Source: Squalus acanthias (Eukaryota). Taken from it: DNA of 64,000 nt. Made by a program: the position numbers and the translations under genes. The stretch covers positions 62,248,001 through 62,312,000 of the forward strand of contig CM059430.1 in NCBI GenBank assembly GCA_030390025.1. The letters run 5' to 3'. Below, piece after piece: positions 38,300-51,867 of this stretch (the stretch's first letter is position 1; each line of letters opens with the position of its first letter). The notes beneath the pieces were generated by a model. It made no database searches, was not told the DNA's origin, and worked only from the letters and a program-made list of their open reading frames with translations.

Positions 38300-39085
38300 T
38301 CAGGCAAGTGGGGCGAGGTCAAATTCGATTAAATTGGTGAAAACTAATTTAAAATTATAGGGCCAAAAAATGAGGTCGGCGGCATATGTCCAGAGTATGA
38401 CACTGAACTGCAAAAAGTTTAAGCACCTACCTGATGTCGGGCTCACCTGCGAAAACTTGCAGTCTGACTCTGTGAGTAGGAGGGCAGCGTAATGGCTCAC
38501 GGATCGTAGGGTCACAGCCTGGTCCTCCAATCAAAAAACAGAATTAGCTTTTACATTTCAGAAGTGAATACCGTAATCAGATTTAATGGAATCCTGTAAT
38601 CACATTTCAGTACAATTTACAGGATTGTAATTTAATTCCTAATTAGCTTCATTCCACCAACTTCACTAAAAAATTAAGTTTGCTGATAATAATTATCGTC
38701 ATCATTAAAACTCATATATTCAGAAACAAGAAAAACTCAATTGCCACAGTTAACCTATATGATTTCCGAGATGAAAAGGCTAAAAACATGCCCGTGGTAT
38801 CCTATTACGCTGATGCAAACAGTCCCTGGACATATTTGTATCAACTGTAACATTTCCGTATGCAATTGCTCAGCCGTTGGTTGGCAAATAGCCCAACTCT
38901 GCACCAGTAATTGTTATTTCTTGGGCCGGATGGCTTTGCAACGTGTACATTGACAGGCTGCAAGTCTGGGAATTAGCGTATGCGCAAGTGCATGTGGACT
39001 CCAGAACTTGCGGTGGATTTCAAAGCAGTTATGATGGCGTACTCTGAGAGTACTCTACCATACCACCCAACAAATCTCGACCAAT
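38300..39085. mobile_element. Decayed MITE-like element
   Basis: GC-rich ends around an AT-rich core, as in the other MITEs; boundaries vague. Confidence 0.4.
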
Positions 39086-39748
39086 ATTTATTCTAAGCAT
39101 GATAAATTTTTAGATAAATTGCAAAGTTCAAATGCAGATGAATGCTCGGCTGCATAAGTTAGGACCATGAAAGATTGAGTTTGTAGCCTTTTCTTGTCCC
39201 TGACTGTTACGTGATGTTTATGATAATATTTCTATGCATATTAAACCATGCAAAAATGCGGTTGGTTAGTGCCTCCCTTTAGTGCCTCTGGGTGGCGGGG
39301 GTGCTAACGGGACGCTAATGACTTATCGCCCAAGCATGGCAATTTTAGCGCCGCCCGCGAAATTGACCTGGCATTTTTGCGGTGGCACAAAACAATACCG
39401 CCACAACCTCCTGCACCCAGAGATCGTGACATCATCAACATGCGTAATGCCCCGGTAGTGCCCCGGACCGGAAATTGATTCTTGCCCTCCGCTAGGAATG
39501 ACAGGTAGAGGGGGACGTTTTGCAGTTGGCTGATAGCTGGGGAAGTGCTATTTAAAGGCCTGTGCTTCCTGCTTTTTCCCGTTGGCAAAATATTCTGCAT
39601 ACGCAGGTTGAGAGAGGGAGATAGGCGTCTGGAGACATTTCAGGCTGTCCTACAAGGAGTTTTGTTCCTCACCAGCACTTTCCAGTTTCCCTTTTCTGTC
39701 AGCTTTATTACTACCTTATTTAGAATATTAAATGAGGGCTGTACTAAC

Positions 39749-40899
39749 ATGGGGCGTCATCCTCCAGCTTCACCTTCGGAGGCAGCAGAGTCGCAGAGAG
39801 AGAGCGGCAAACGTGGCCAGGGGGAGGAGGGCCAACAGCGTGCTGCACAGGAGACCTTACCCTCCCAGGGTATTCTGGGAGCAATTCTCCTAAATTCATT
39901 TGTCCGAGGAGCAGTGTTTCAGAAGGTTACGGTTCAGCTAGGAGGTTGTCACAGAGCTCTGCCACCTCCTGCAACCAGAGCTCGAGCCTCAGCTCAGGAC
40001 AAGGACGGTGGCAGTGCAGGTGATGGTGGCTCACAATTACTACGCCAGTGGCTCCTTCCAGGCTTCAACTGGGGATATTGCGAATATCTCCCAGTTCGCT
40101 GTCTATTTTTGCATCCGGGAGGTCACAAAGGCTCCATACAAAAGTAGAAGGGAGTACATCTCTCTCCTCATGATCTGAGACAAACAGCGTGAATGCGTAT
40201 GTGGCTTCGCTAGGTTAGCGGGCTTCCCCATGTTTCAGGGCCCCATTGACTGCACACATGTGGCATTCCTAGTACCTCAAGAAAATGCAGAGGTTTTCCG
40301 CAACCACAAAGGCTTCCATTCTCTCAATGTCAAGTTGGTTTGTGACCACAGACAGCGCATCCTCGTCGTCAATACCTTCTATCCTCGGAGCAGCCATGAT
40401 GCTTTCATCCTGCAGCAGAATGGTGTCCCAGACCTATTCCAACCACTGCATCACCCTCGTGGCTGGTTCCTCGGGGACAAGGTTATCCACTCTGCACCTG
40501 GCAGATGACACCGCTCCATAACCCCAACATTCCTGCAGAGCTCGCATACAATGAGAGCCAAAGTGCCACCAGGAACCTCATTGAACAGACGATCGCCATC
40601 TTGAAGCAACGGTTTCGGTGACTGGACCATTCTAGAGGAGTCCTGCATACTCCCCCAATCGCGTATTGGTTTTCATTGATGTGTGCGGCATGCTTCACAA
40701 CCTCACAATTATGAGGACCCAGCCATTTCCACCAGGGATTGGTGCAACACCTCAGGAGGAGGAAAAAGGAGAGGAGGAGGAGGAGGCAAAGGAGGAGGAT
40801 GAAGAGCAGGATGAGCAGCAGCAACGTGGGAGGGAGGCGCTCAATGTTGCTTCTGCAAGGGCCGTTCGTGAATGCCTGATAAGACACCGCTTCAGATGA
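39749..40899 (+). pseudogene. Harbinger (HARBI1-like, DDE_Tnp_4) transposase, frameshifted
   Basis: FQGPIDCTHVA...FRNHKGFHSLNV.LVCD...SSHDAFIL...WFLGDK; CGMLHNL and an acidic tract. Confidence 0.88.
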
Positions 40900-41192
40900 A
40901 AGACAGAGAAGTTGTTTTTTGGGATGAACAAGCCCATCATTACAGCCATCCCGCAGCCCAGTCAAAGCTCCAATGAGTAAAATGAGCAAAGTTGTCAAGT
41001 TTCAATAAAATAATTTATTTTTCATACAAACTGCGTCTAATTAAGCACAACCAATAACAAACAAGCACAACAATTCATTATCTAACAAAACTGGTTCCTT
41101 CCACATCAAGATAAGTGTTAACAGAGTGCAACAATATATTAACATAAACACCCAACTTTGGACAAACATTGCCCCCATTTGTTTGAGAATTT

Positions 41193-43042
41193 TTAGTTAT
41201 TCGCCCTTCGAGGTGATCTCCCTCCCCTTCGCACTTTCCCCCTTCCCACCCTACTGCTCCTCCGTAATGTGGCCCCAGTTGCTGCAGCAAGGCTGGTGGA
41301 AGGCTGCTGAATGTTGGATCCAGAGACTGCAGATGGCCTTGAAGGACGCCCTCGACCGGCTTTGGGCCTGGAGGGCCCAGCTGCAGACTGCACCAAATCT
41401 GCATGGGCGGCAGCAGTCTGGGCTGGCTGTGTTACAGGCTGTGGCAAGTGCAATGGCGGAGTGGCAGTGCTGGCAGCAGGATTGCTGTCATCCTGAGCGA
41501 GGACAGCACCTTCCTGCTCGCCCAACATTCTGCCACTCCCCCGGGGCAGTACCTCAGCATCCGCAGCTATCTGCTCGATCACAGATTGCTGGCCTACTGC
41601 GGCACCGTGAGATCCCGGTCGAAGTGGGTGACCCAGCGACGATGACAGCAGTCAGCGCTTGCGTGCCATCAATCTGAGACTGTATGAGAGCAGTCTGACA
41701 TTGGATGGCACCAACCAGTTACTCGATTCCAGCACTAAGCCGTTGCATTACCTTGGCCAGTGCTGCAATAGATGCTGCAACCTCACCCATTATACATGGC
41801 ATGGGGTCTGGGTCCTCACGGTCTCTCTGCAATTCAAACTTCCTCTGCAACGAGGCAAGGATGGGGTGAAGGGCTTGCACACAGATGACAGATGTGCTGT
41901 CGCCAGACTCCTCCATGCTCCTAGCCGGTGCATCCACGCTGTCAGGCACCCTTGCCATTGTACCCATGAGGTCCGTATGGATGCTCTTTGCCTGAGTATT
42001 CACCGCCACAATATCGAGGTCCTCATCTGAGCCCTGTGTAGCAGAACTCGTGCGCACAGTCACCCTCCGGGGAGATGGCCCTCGAGCTTCCCTTCCCCCA
42101 TGGCATTGCTGCAGCCCGCTGGGTCCCAGAGTTTCACCAAGATCAGATCCTAATCCCCTGCTCCACTGCAGTGAACTCGTGGCCCCAGTGTCGGATGTCC
42201 CACCCTCGGGAGATGCAGGCAGTGAGGCGTGGACTTCATGTTCCTCCTCCTCTCATGCGTCGCTGCCACTGGGAGGCTGAGGGACAAGAGTGGCTTTAAC
42301 TTGAGGGCAGGGGGGCAGGAAAGGAGTAAGGAATGGAGACAGTATAGTTAGATGGAAAGTGTAAAGGGCTGGTGTTGTGAGGGCGAAGTGGTATGAGAGA
42401 GGAAATAAAGCTGATGAACATACCCTTACTGTCCCCAAGGGGGTCGACCTCTCTAACAGCCACAGCACCGATGACATGACTGGCGATGAGTCTGTGGACT
42501 CACTGCTCCAGTTGTGTGAGGGTTGCAGCTCTGCCTGTCCTCCTCCTGTGTGATGTTACTACCTCCGGTTATGTGAAAGCTTGTCCTGCAAGAAAAGGAC
42601 AGCGTGAAGTGAGTGTGCAGCCATATGTTTGCCAGATGTGCCTACCATAGTTAAATAGCCGTTAATGTCTGCAAGGTTTGGGATGTGAATGCGACTTTCA
42701 TTAGATGGGCGTGTGCTGCGGATTTGGGAATTTACACTGTCTGTGCACAGAGTGAGGTTGAGATGGTGGGATGTAAAGGTTTTTCAAGCAGGTACTCACC
42801 CTGACTACCGGAGTGAGGTCATTGAACTTCTTAAGTGTCTGCATATGCGTCCTTTAGACCAGGCTCCTGGATGAAACGTGCTGGGCAACCCCCCTCCACA
42901 CCCTTGTAAACTCCCAGGGCAATGACCTCCTGCCAGTCTCTGGAAAAAGCACTGCCTGGCGGCGTTCCACAGCACCAACCAGAGCCATCAATCCCTGGTC
43001 ATTAAACCAGCGAGCTCTCTCCCTGGGCCTTTGATTAGCCAT
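41193..43042 (-). pseudogene. Harbinger Myb/SANT-like DNA-binding protein gene (spliced; exon 1 ~42800-43042)
   Basis: MANQRPRERARWFNDQGLMALVGAV...VWRGVAQHVS...KKFNDL, donor gtgagt; low-complexity basic C-terminus. Confidence 0.75.
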
Positions 43043-43837
43043 CTTGAATCTTTGCTGAAGATTTTTACCTGCTTGCAGGCCGAGGACAAATGTTGCAATG
43101 AGCAAGGTATGGCTGTGCAGCAAGATGGAACCTGCCCTTTAAGAACTGGAAGGCGCCAGTCTGTGTGATTACAAGGTAATTGACATCGCCTGAGCTTGAG
43201 TAGCGCTCTGAGGTAGGGCCTCGTTCCCCAATGTTAGCACCCTAAGAGAGGTGTGTGTAGCGAATTTCGCGGTTGGCGAATTAGCACCGGCGCTAAAATT
43301 TGCACCCGGCTGATATTAGCGCCCCAAAATGGGCGATACCGAATTTTTCCCCCATGATTTGAACCGTAGCTTTTATGTGGATTTTGGGAGAAGCAACGTC
43401 CCCCACATTACAAATAAACTCAAATCTCTATTTAATGCATTAAGAGGGGTGAGCTAGTTTCGTCTCAGAGGTTTTTTCTCATCCTTGATTTTCTGATATT
43501 TTCATGTAATATTTTGTATTCTTAGTAATTTTCTTTATATTTGATGAATATTGAAAATTTCGTATAAACTTTATCTAAAACATGGAGGTGGGGAGGTCGG
43601 CTATCAAGGATCCGGTAGATTTTGAGGCATATGTATTCTTTTTGTAAGCATTATATTGCAATAAATTAAGTTGCACTGCGGCTGGCGTCTATTAATATTA
43701 AGTGCCATTGATATTTCATTCCACACAGAGTATAAAATTAGATTGGGATTTGAAGTGTGTTCATGGAAATCACAGCTGAGTCTACCAGTAAATAGCTAAT
43801 AGTAGGTTATATCAAAAATGATTAGAATATATTAATG

Positions 43838-44598
43838 GGCCAGAAATTTGGCGCTTGTCGGGTGAGTACGGGCTGTGTACTCACCCGTAAGGCCACCTGA
43901 AGTGCCGGTTTCACGCATGCACTGCGCATGCGCGGGAAACCGCAACTTCCGTTCCCCTGCAGGAAGAGGTTCAGAAGTCCAACGTGTGCGCGGGAGAGGC
44001 AGTGCGCATGCAGCGAACTTCGGGTTTTTTTCAGGTTACTCCGTGAGGGTAGGTATGGAAAAGCTACACATTTGAAAAGGAGGCACAAGGCCTGTTTTTA
44101 ACAAGGTAAGTGGTTAATTCATTACAATTTAAACATTTTTTCAACAGGTTTAACTTTTTTACATACTTTAAAGAAAGGTTAGTTTATTTTTAGCACAGTT
44201 AAAAAGTTTATATAATTTTTTCAAAAATTTAAATTTTTGTTTAATTAGTTAATTTATGTAACTTATAGTTATTGTAAAAATGTGATGGGTTTTTAAAATT
44301 TATTTGAAGTTTTAGTGTGGTTTTGGGGCCGATCTCTATTCATAGATTTGACAGGGCTTCCTGTCAAATCTATGAATGAAAATTCCCTGCTAGGATTGGC
44401 TCTCCATGGCCCACGTGATCCCAGGGGATGCTTCGAACTAACTGCACTCCTGGGATACGCAAGCACTGTGCGCCGGCAGCGGCAGGAGGCACAGGACCCG
44501 AATTCCTCATGGGTCCGAAGCACAACGGCAGGCGCGGTAGGTAAGTACGCGCAAGATGCTTGCACCCGCAGGAAGCTGGAGAGCCGAATTTCTGGCCC
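43838..44598. mobile_element. Harbinger-type MITE
   Basis: TIR (G)GGCCAGAAATT / AATTTCTGGCCC; possible ATG TSD; same family as 58110-58771. Confidence 0.85.
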
Positions 44599-44659
44599 AT
44601 GAGTATAGAATATAAAAACCAAGAAGCCAAGAGATCTCAGATAATGAGGCATTCCATGC

Positions 44660-45472
44660 CCACATGCATCAAGGTCTGGACAACATTCAGACTTGGGCTG
44701 ATAAGTGGCAAGTAACATTCGCGCCACACAAATGCCAGGCAATAACTATCTCCAACAAGCGAGAGCCTAACCACCACCCCTTGACATTCAACAGCATTAC
44801 CATCACCGAATCGCCCACCTTCAACATCCTGGGCATCACCATTGACCAGAAACTTAACCAGCCATTGAAATACAGTGGCAACAACAGCGGGCCAGAGGCT
44901 GGGTATTGTGCAGCGACTGTCTCACCTCCTGACTCCCCAAAGCCTTTCCACCATCTACAAGGCAGAAGTCAGGTGTCTAATGGAATACTCTCCAATTCCC
45001 TGAATTAGTGCAACAACATGAAAGAAGCCCGACCCCATCCAGGACAAAGCAGCCCGCTTGATTGACACCCATCCACCACCATAAACATTCAGTCACTCCA
45101 CCACTGGCACACCTTGGCTGCAGTGTGTACCATCTACAAGATGCACTGCAGCAACTTGTCAATGCTTCTTTGGCAGCACCTCCCAAACCCGCAACCACTA
45201 CCAGCTAGAAGGACAAGGGAAGCAGGTGCATGGGAACACCATCAGCTATAAGTTCCCCTCTAAGTTACACACCATCCTTACTTGGAAATATATCCCTGTT
45301 CCTTCATCGTTGCTGGATCAAAATCCTGGAACTCCATCCCTAACAGCACCTTCACCACAAGGATTGCTGCGGTTTAAGAAGGCAGTTTACCATCTACATT
45401 TCAAGGGCAATTCGAAATGAGCAATAAATGCTGACCTTGCCAGTGATGCGCTCAACCCAGGAATTAATTAAA
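44660..45472 (+). mobile_element. 3' fragment of the second LINE family
   Basis: QGLDNIQTWADKWQVTFAPHKCQ; 3' end gcaataaatgctg... Confidence 0.85.
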
Positions 45473-46029
45473 AAATATTATGCAAGGGTAGGACAGTGTA
45501 GATAGAAACCGAGTTTTTCCAGTAATAGTGGGTCAAGAATGAAAGGCCATATCTACAAGATTAAATGCAAGAAATTTAGAATAGCGGGCAGGATACACTT
45601 CTTCGCACAGAGAGTTCTGAATCTGTGAGCTTTAGTTGTTAAGGCAGCATCTATGTCCATATTCATGATTAGATTGGATAGGTGGATGAAGGAAAAGTGC
45701 AAGAATGGGTATGGGATTAGGACGGGTAAATTTGCTCTCGTGAACGTTAAATGCCGACGGGTACTAGAGGCACGGCTAGTTCTGCTGTACTACAGCCGGG
45801 ATTTTGTCGGAAACTATAGCCTTTGCTGTATCCAGTCTTCGCTGGCTTTGCTTGATATAACGTGGGGTGAATCGACTTTGTGGAAGACTTGCATCTGTGA
45901 TGGTGGGACCTCAAAAGGAGGCCGAGATGGATGATCCACTCGGCACTTCTGGCTGTTTGGGCCACTTATTTCTTTATATATGACCACTTATTTCTATATC
46001 TATATCTACATGAATGTGAATAGATTTCT

Positions 46030-47190
46030 GAGTCATGATGGCTTTAGAGAAAATATAGCATCTTGAATCAACATGTCACCCTGCTGATTCTGCTATATAA
46101 AACAACTTGATTTAATCCCGAATCTATCACTGCGTTTAAGAACGGCACTGGTGTTACAATCCAGAAAAATACTGTTTAACGGATAAGAACAGAAAATCTA
46201 TTAAATTCGCGGCTCCTTGGTAGAATGAATTATATGTCTGGAATGCATAATTTATAGACATGCGGTATTTCAATTGAACTACTCGTGTCCTTTACAATTG
46301 CCGGCTGTAAACTAGGTGGGGTCCTTCCATGCCCAACACGAAGAGTGGCTCGGTAGCACCACTACTGACCGAGCTGGCCGTGTCCTGAAGGACGTAACTG
46401 CCAGACTGTGCTTGTGGCAGGCGATGAGAGAATCGGCGCCCGGGAAAAAGCTAGTTGAGCTCATCCTTACCAATCTACCTGTCGCAGATGCAACATGACA
46501 GTACTGTTAGGAGTGACCACTGTACAATCATTCAGGAAACAAATTCCCGTCTTCACACTGAGCACACCCTCCATCGTTAGGTGTGGTTCTAGCGACTTGC
46601 TGAATGGGATAGATTCAGAACAGAGCTAGCAGCTCAAAATGGGCATCCATAAGACGCTTCGGGCCATCAGCAGTAGCAGAAAGGCGCAACCTTTACTCTA
46701 CGATTGCCATCAAGCCAGGCGACCCTCGCAGGTTCGACGAGGCGTGTAGAAGAGCATGCCAGGAGCAGTACCAGGCGTAAAAACAGAAAATGCTGGAAAT
46801 ACTCAGCAGGTCAGGCAGCATTTGTGGAGAGAGAAACAGAGCTAACGTTTCAGATCGATGACCCTTGAAGATATGTGGTCGGAAGATCATCTCAGGGTCA
46901 AATATGACAACTGTTGCAGCGGAGATGAGCTAATGAGCCAAGTTCTTTATTTAGCTTCAGAAACACACGCGCCGGATTCAATAATTAGCAACACTTAACA
47001 GTATAGCAAAATACACACGCTGTTCATTGCTGTTCACGGATGTGTCAGAATTGGATATCCAGTTATCAAACTAACTTGAAACATATGATGTTATTAGATG
47101 AGAAAATCGAATGTGAAATTAATTTGAATCATAATCATAGTTAAACAATTGTTAAACATTTACTTCCATTTAATGGGCCCTGTTTCATGC
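46030..47190 (+). pseudogene. Unknown gene, copy C (exon 2 remnant, interrupted by LINE/Penelope pieces at ~46315-46905)
   Basis: GDELMSQVLYLASE at ~46921-46962 matches GGELMSHILYLAGE (A) and AALLSHVVYLARE (B); shared 3' flank. Confidence 0.55.
46315..46778 (+). mobile_element. Internal fragment of the second LINE family
   Basis: Matches ~18465-18960 (WLGSTTTDRAGRVLKD, ILTNLP). Confidence 0.8.
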
Positions 47191-48122
47191 TAGAGAAAAG
47201 TGCCGGATACTTGCAGAAACACAAGCTCATCAAGGCCAAGCAGCACCGATTTCTCAATCGCAGATTGTGCTTGGCTTCCCTTAGAGAATTCTTTGAAGAA
47301 ATAACAGAGTGAAAATACAAAGGAAAGGTTGTGGGTGTGGTTTACATGGACTTTCAAAACGCGTTTCATAAGGAATCACAAAATAAACCCTTACTACGTG
47401 AAAGTAAGGAATCTGATCACAAGGACAGTGAGATGGTTGGAAGATAGTAAATAAAGTATATAGATAAAAGGAAGTTCCTTGGCATGGACATATTTGATTA
47501 TTGATGTTTCATTGCCGTATGAGCTGCTTTTATTTACTACATACATAAATTATTGATTCGTGGGAATTGAGGGATTAACATTGAAATTTGAAGATGAGAC
47601 CTAATGGGAACGGGACAATGAAGAATTGGAATAGAGCTTGTGAAATCCTGCAGGGGAACATTGATAGGGTTCGCTGGATTGACAGTTAAACAACAGATGT
47701 AGAAGGCAGAGACATTTGAAGTGATACATTTTTGGAGATACAAACGGAGATACAAAATGTTCCTTAAATATTTGGATTTGAAATGTCGCAGAGGAGCTGT
47801 GATCTTGGCATGCAGATAAACAAGTCTTTAATGGTGGTAACATAAAAAGCCAAACAGACTCCCTTGAGTTTCTGTCTAGAGGCACACAATAGAAAAACAT
47901 AGAGGTAATGTTGCACTTGACTTTTGTTAGACTGTAATTGCAGTGTATCAGCATCTCACTACACGATGGATAGAAAAACAATGGAAGGCGTGCAACATAG
48001 ATTGACTATATGTTACGATTCATGTGGGGTTAAAGTTATGTGGAGTTTTGAGAAGCTAAGGCTTTCATCAATGGAGCTGAGAAGTTTAAGGGGTGAGCAT
48101 GTAATGATTTTCAAGAATGTGT
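47190..48122 (+). mobile_element. Very old CR1 RT fragment
   Basis: EFFEEIT, VVYMDFQNAF remnants. Confidence 0.65.
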
Positions 48123-49109
48123 AGGATTGTTTAATTACCACCCAGAGAAATTAGGTAAAATTCTTAACACGCCCGGGCAAACCACCACAAATTTTGGGGC
48201 ATAACTGGACATGAATAAGGATAGGATTAGGTTGCAGATTTTGGTTTGGGTTCAAAATTGAAGCTTTCATTAAATTCCTGATAGTTGTTTCCAGTGGGTT
48301 ATTTTTATTTATCAAGATGTTGGCCCTGAAATTTCATAAGAGGTTGTTCCGCTCACACGCTTTCATCTATATATCATCGGATACCGCAGGAAAATGGTAT
48401 TTATAGGTAATTGAGAGAGGATTACAGTTTATAATAGGGTACATGAACTACCCGAAGGAATCCCGAGGGGAAAAAACCGTTTCCGTTCAAAATAGGTAGA
48501 ATTTGTCATAATCGACCCAATATTGTTGCCTTAACGGGTATGCTGCGTATCCAAAACGGAAGGATGTGGTGTTAGTTTTTGTTATGGGCAATGAAGCAAG
48601 AAAAGTTACTGAGCTGAAGCAAGAACCTTACCCGCTCGGTGCAACAAATGGGAATTTGTGACGGGCTGCTACCAATTACTATAAGATAAAAACGATCAAG
48701 TGCACATGCTTACGTTTCTAATTTGCCAGTCTTTGCTTAAAGCTCCCTAATTGGATGCATGATAACTGAAAAGTATATATTTGTGTATCAAAGGAAATGG
48801 ATAGGGAGCTGGCTTGGTCATAGAAAACCAAGAATATGGGTAAATTGACATATTTGGAATTAGAATGTTGTGGAGAATGTGTTGGAGTGGTTGATGCAAC
48901 AATGTAAATATCTCAATACAAGCAATGTAATCAAATAGTGCAACTACAGAAACAGAAAACAATTGCCAACTGATCAGGTTGTGACTTTTGCAGTTCTTAG
49001 GCGCTGCTAATGATGCAAATGTAAACGTTAATACATTTATTTGTGCACAACATCCGCGATCAGAATTTATGTCATGGGCGACACCTTTTCAAATATAAGT
49101 GCTGAGGTA

Positions 49110-49558
49110 CTTCAGTTATGTGTAAGGAGAGGAGAAGCGGGGATTGTTCTCTTTCGTGCAGAGAAGGCTTAGAGGAGATTTGCTAGAAGTGTTCAAAATC
49201 ATGAACGGTTTTGCTGGAGTAAATTTGGACAAACTGTTTCCAGTGGCAGAAGGGTCGATAACTAGAGGACACCGATTTAAACTCATTTTAATTTGAACCA
49301 GAGGCGACATGACGAAACGTTTTTACGCAGGCAGTTGTTGTGATCTGGAATGCGCTGCCTGAAAGGGTGGTGGAAGAAGATTCAATAGTCACTTTCAAAA
49401 GGGAATTGGATAAATATTTGAAGGAAAAAAATAGAGTGCTATGGGAATAGAGCAGGGGTGTGGAACTAATTGGATTGCTCTATCAAAGAGCCGGCACAAG
49501 CAGGATGGGCCGAATGGCGTCCCTATGTGTGGTATCATTCTACGATTCAATGATTCTA
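49110..49558 (+). mobile_element. CR1 3' fragment
   Basis: RRLRGDLLEVFKIM, IWNALP; tail ttctacgattcaatgattcta. Confidence 0.85.
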
Positions 49559-49924
49559 TCGCTTCCAACTTATTTTTATAAGGTTTAAAATACTGTGACA
49601 GGAACAACTTGAATTAGTAAATTCTCTTAAAATAGTAACAATTATGCAAAATGTTTTACATTACTGGCCGAACTCAGTTATTATTTTAGACATCTGTCCA
49701 GATCCTACAAGTTCTGATCCCATGTAATCAATGTCACATTATTGTAGTACATGAAGATATTACATCAAGTGCCAGGAATTTTACCAACGTTACCGAACGG
49801 AACCTATGTGTTGGTGGATAAATAAAATGTTCAGCATGAATCCAAGTCATGGCCTGAGGGAGTTAGTCATACAGATGCCAGAGTAGTAATTTTTTTCAAA
49901 TGAATTAGCAACATTCCTCTAAAA

Positions 49925-50362
49925 ATGGTCACGACCACCGGACCTCTGAACGCGATTTACAGCAAATGAAGTACTTTTTCAAGTGCAGTCACTGTTGCAA
50001 TGTAGGAAACGCGGCAGCCAATTTGCGCACGGCAGGCTCCCATAAACAGCAATGTGATAATGACCAGATAATCTGTTTTTGGTATGTTGATTGTGGGATA
50101 AATATTGGCCAGGACACAGGAGATATCTCCCCTGCTCGTCTTCGAAATAGTGCCATGGGATCTTTTACGCCCACCTCAGAGAGCACCAGACTTGGTTTAA
50201 TGTCTCACCGAAAGATGGCACCTCCGACAATGCAGCACTCCCTCATCACTGCACTGGAGTTTTAACCTTGATTTTTGTGCTCAATTCCCTGGAGTGGGAT
50301 TGTGAACCCACAATACTTCTGACTCAGAGGTGAGAGTGCTACTCACTGAGCCACATCTGAGA
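49925..50362 (-). mobile_element. tRNA-derived SINE of DeuSINE type (SacSINE1/AmnSINE-like)
   Basis: Minus-strand A box TGGCTCAGTGAGT, B box GGTTCACAATCCC, Deu-like core atcccatggcactatttcgaag...gtgcgcaaattggctgcc. Confidence 0.8.
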
Positions 50363-51687
50363 CTCAGGCGGATAGATTATATGTTGCAGACTGTTTCATT
50401 GGTAAGGTTAAGAGATGTTGCAAAGGAAAATAGGAAGTCGAATCTCTGTTAAATGCGAATGTCATATGTTGTTACCATTACATTGAAATAATGGTGTTTA
50501 ATAACTATCATTATTCGACACTAGATGGTTTTTCATGATGTTTCAATTAACAGAGCTAAATTTAAACAGTGAAGAGTCGTTGTGTCGAGCTGCGCTACTG
50601 AGCCATGTTGTTTACTTAGCTCGAGAAATCGATACGCTCGTGTCAATATTTAGCAAAACGTCTCGTGCAGCTAAAAACAGACTGGTCAACGCCTCCGTTG
50701 ATATCTTACATTTTATCAGAACCCGGGACTGATAGAACACCCAAATGTTCATGTTTCTGCTGCTGTACGTGAATATGTTACTTTCGTGTATATAATTATC
50801 AGAATAATTTAGTGCACGTTGACTTAATCTCCAGCTCGAAGCCAATGCATTTTTATTGGATGCGCAAATAGAATGTGACATAGATTGCAACATAACGGCA
50901 AGGAAACATTTGCACATTTACTTACAATTCGCAGGCCCTGTGTCATTCCGGATAAAACTACTAATCTCTTGCAGAAACCTGTGCCTGTAATCAAGCCCAG
51001 TCAACACGAATTTCTAAAAGGTAGATCGCGCTTGACTTATAGGCATCTTATACGCCTTCATCTGCAAGCTGTGTTCAGAGGGTTTATGGAAGAGTCCATA
51101 AACTGGAGCGCCCTGCCTTCCATACCAGGAGAATCGCCTGCACAGGAGATCAGAACACTGTAACGCAACACGCAAGTCAAAACTCAAGATTTGCAGTTTA
51201 ACGCGCAAAAATTAAATAAACCAGGAATGGTTGATTGATAAGAGATCGTACAACATCTACTTTTATTGAATTTATGTATGATGATATCTAGGTACAGCAA
51301 AACAAATAGCGTATCATTGCAGAGATTTGTCATCAGTGAAATACAACAGATTGATCAAAATGTGCAAGGCAAGTTGATTTGCTTACAAATAATTAAATGA
51401 AAATTCCTCAAATATTTAAGCAATATACCCTATTATACCCACAGTCAATGATATAACACTAGATTATGTCACCCTGATTTTTTTTACTGTTGTATTTCCC
51501 TGATTTTGCGAGCCTGACAAATCTAGAGTCGCGTAGGTCACTTATTTTGTCTGTGAACCCGTGTTTGGAAATATTGCAAATTGGCCGTTTTGCCAATTTT
51601 ATGTACTGCTGCCGAAAACAATCATCAGAATAACACACAGACAGCTTGAGGTACACTACACGACCCGAATCACCCAACCTTGTAGTC

Positions 51688-51867
51688 TCAGTTATCGCAT
51701 GAATGTTGGTGCTGCACTGGTGATCTGTGTCTTTCTGATCCGCTACAGAGACCCGGCTGATGGTACACAGCCCTCTCCTCTTCAAGTTTACATCTTGTAG
51801 TTAACTTAATTCTGCTCTAACCTACTGCAGCATATCAACAATCTAAGCCTTTTCTTCCAGCATGAGC
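51688..51867 (-). pseudogene. IgSF gene 2, putative decayed cytoplasmic exon
   Basis: AHAGRKGLDC*YAAVG*SRIKLTTRCKLEEERAVYHQP: two Tyr motifs, in-frame stops, acceptor not canonical. Confidence 0.4.

Larger units (their letters stand above)
39250..43353. mobile_element. PIF/Harbinger DNA transposon (decayed autonomous type)
   Basis: Convergent transposase and Myb/SANT genes; imperfect TIR caaaaatgcggt / accgaattttt; subterminal ttagcgcc/ggcgctaa motifs. Confidence 0.88.
49074..50950 (+). pseudogene. Unknown two-exon gene, copy B (exon 1 49074-49582 split by CR1; exon 2 from 49690 split by SINE)
   Basis: gtcATGG; MGDTFSNISAEV...IASNLFL* G|gt; 107-nt intron homologous to that of copy A; MFQLTELNL...SHVVYLARE...HFIRTRD. 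Confidence 0.6.
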
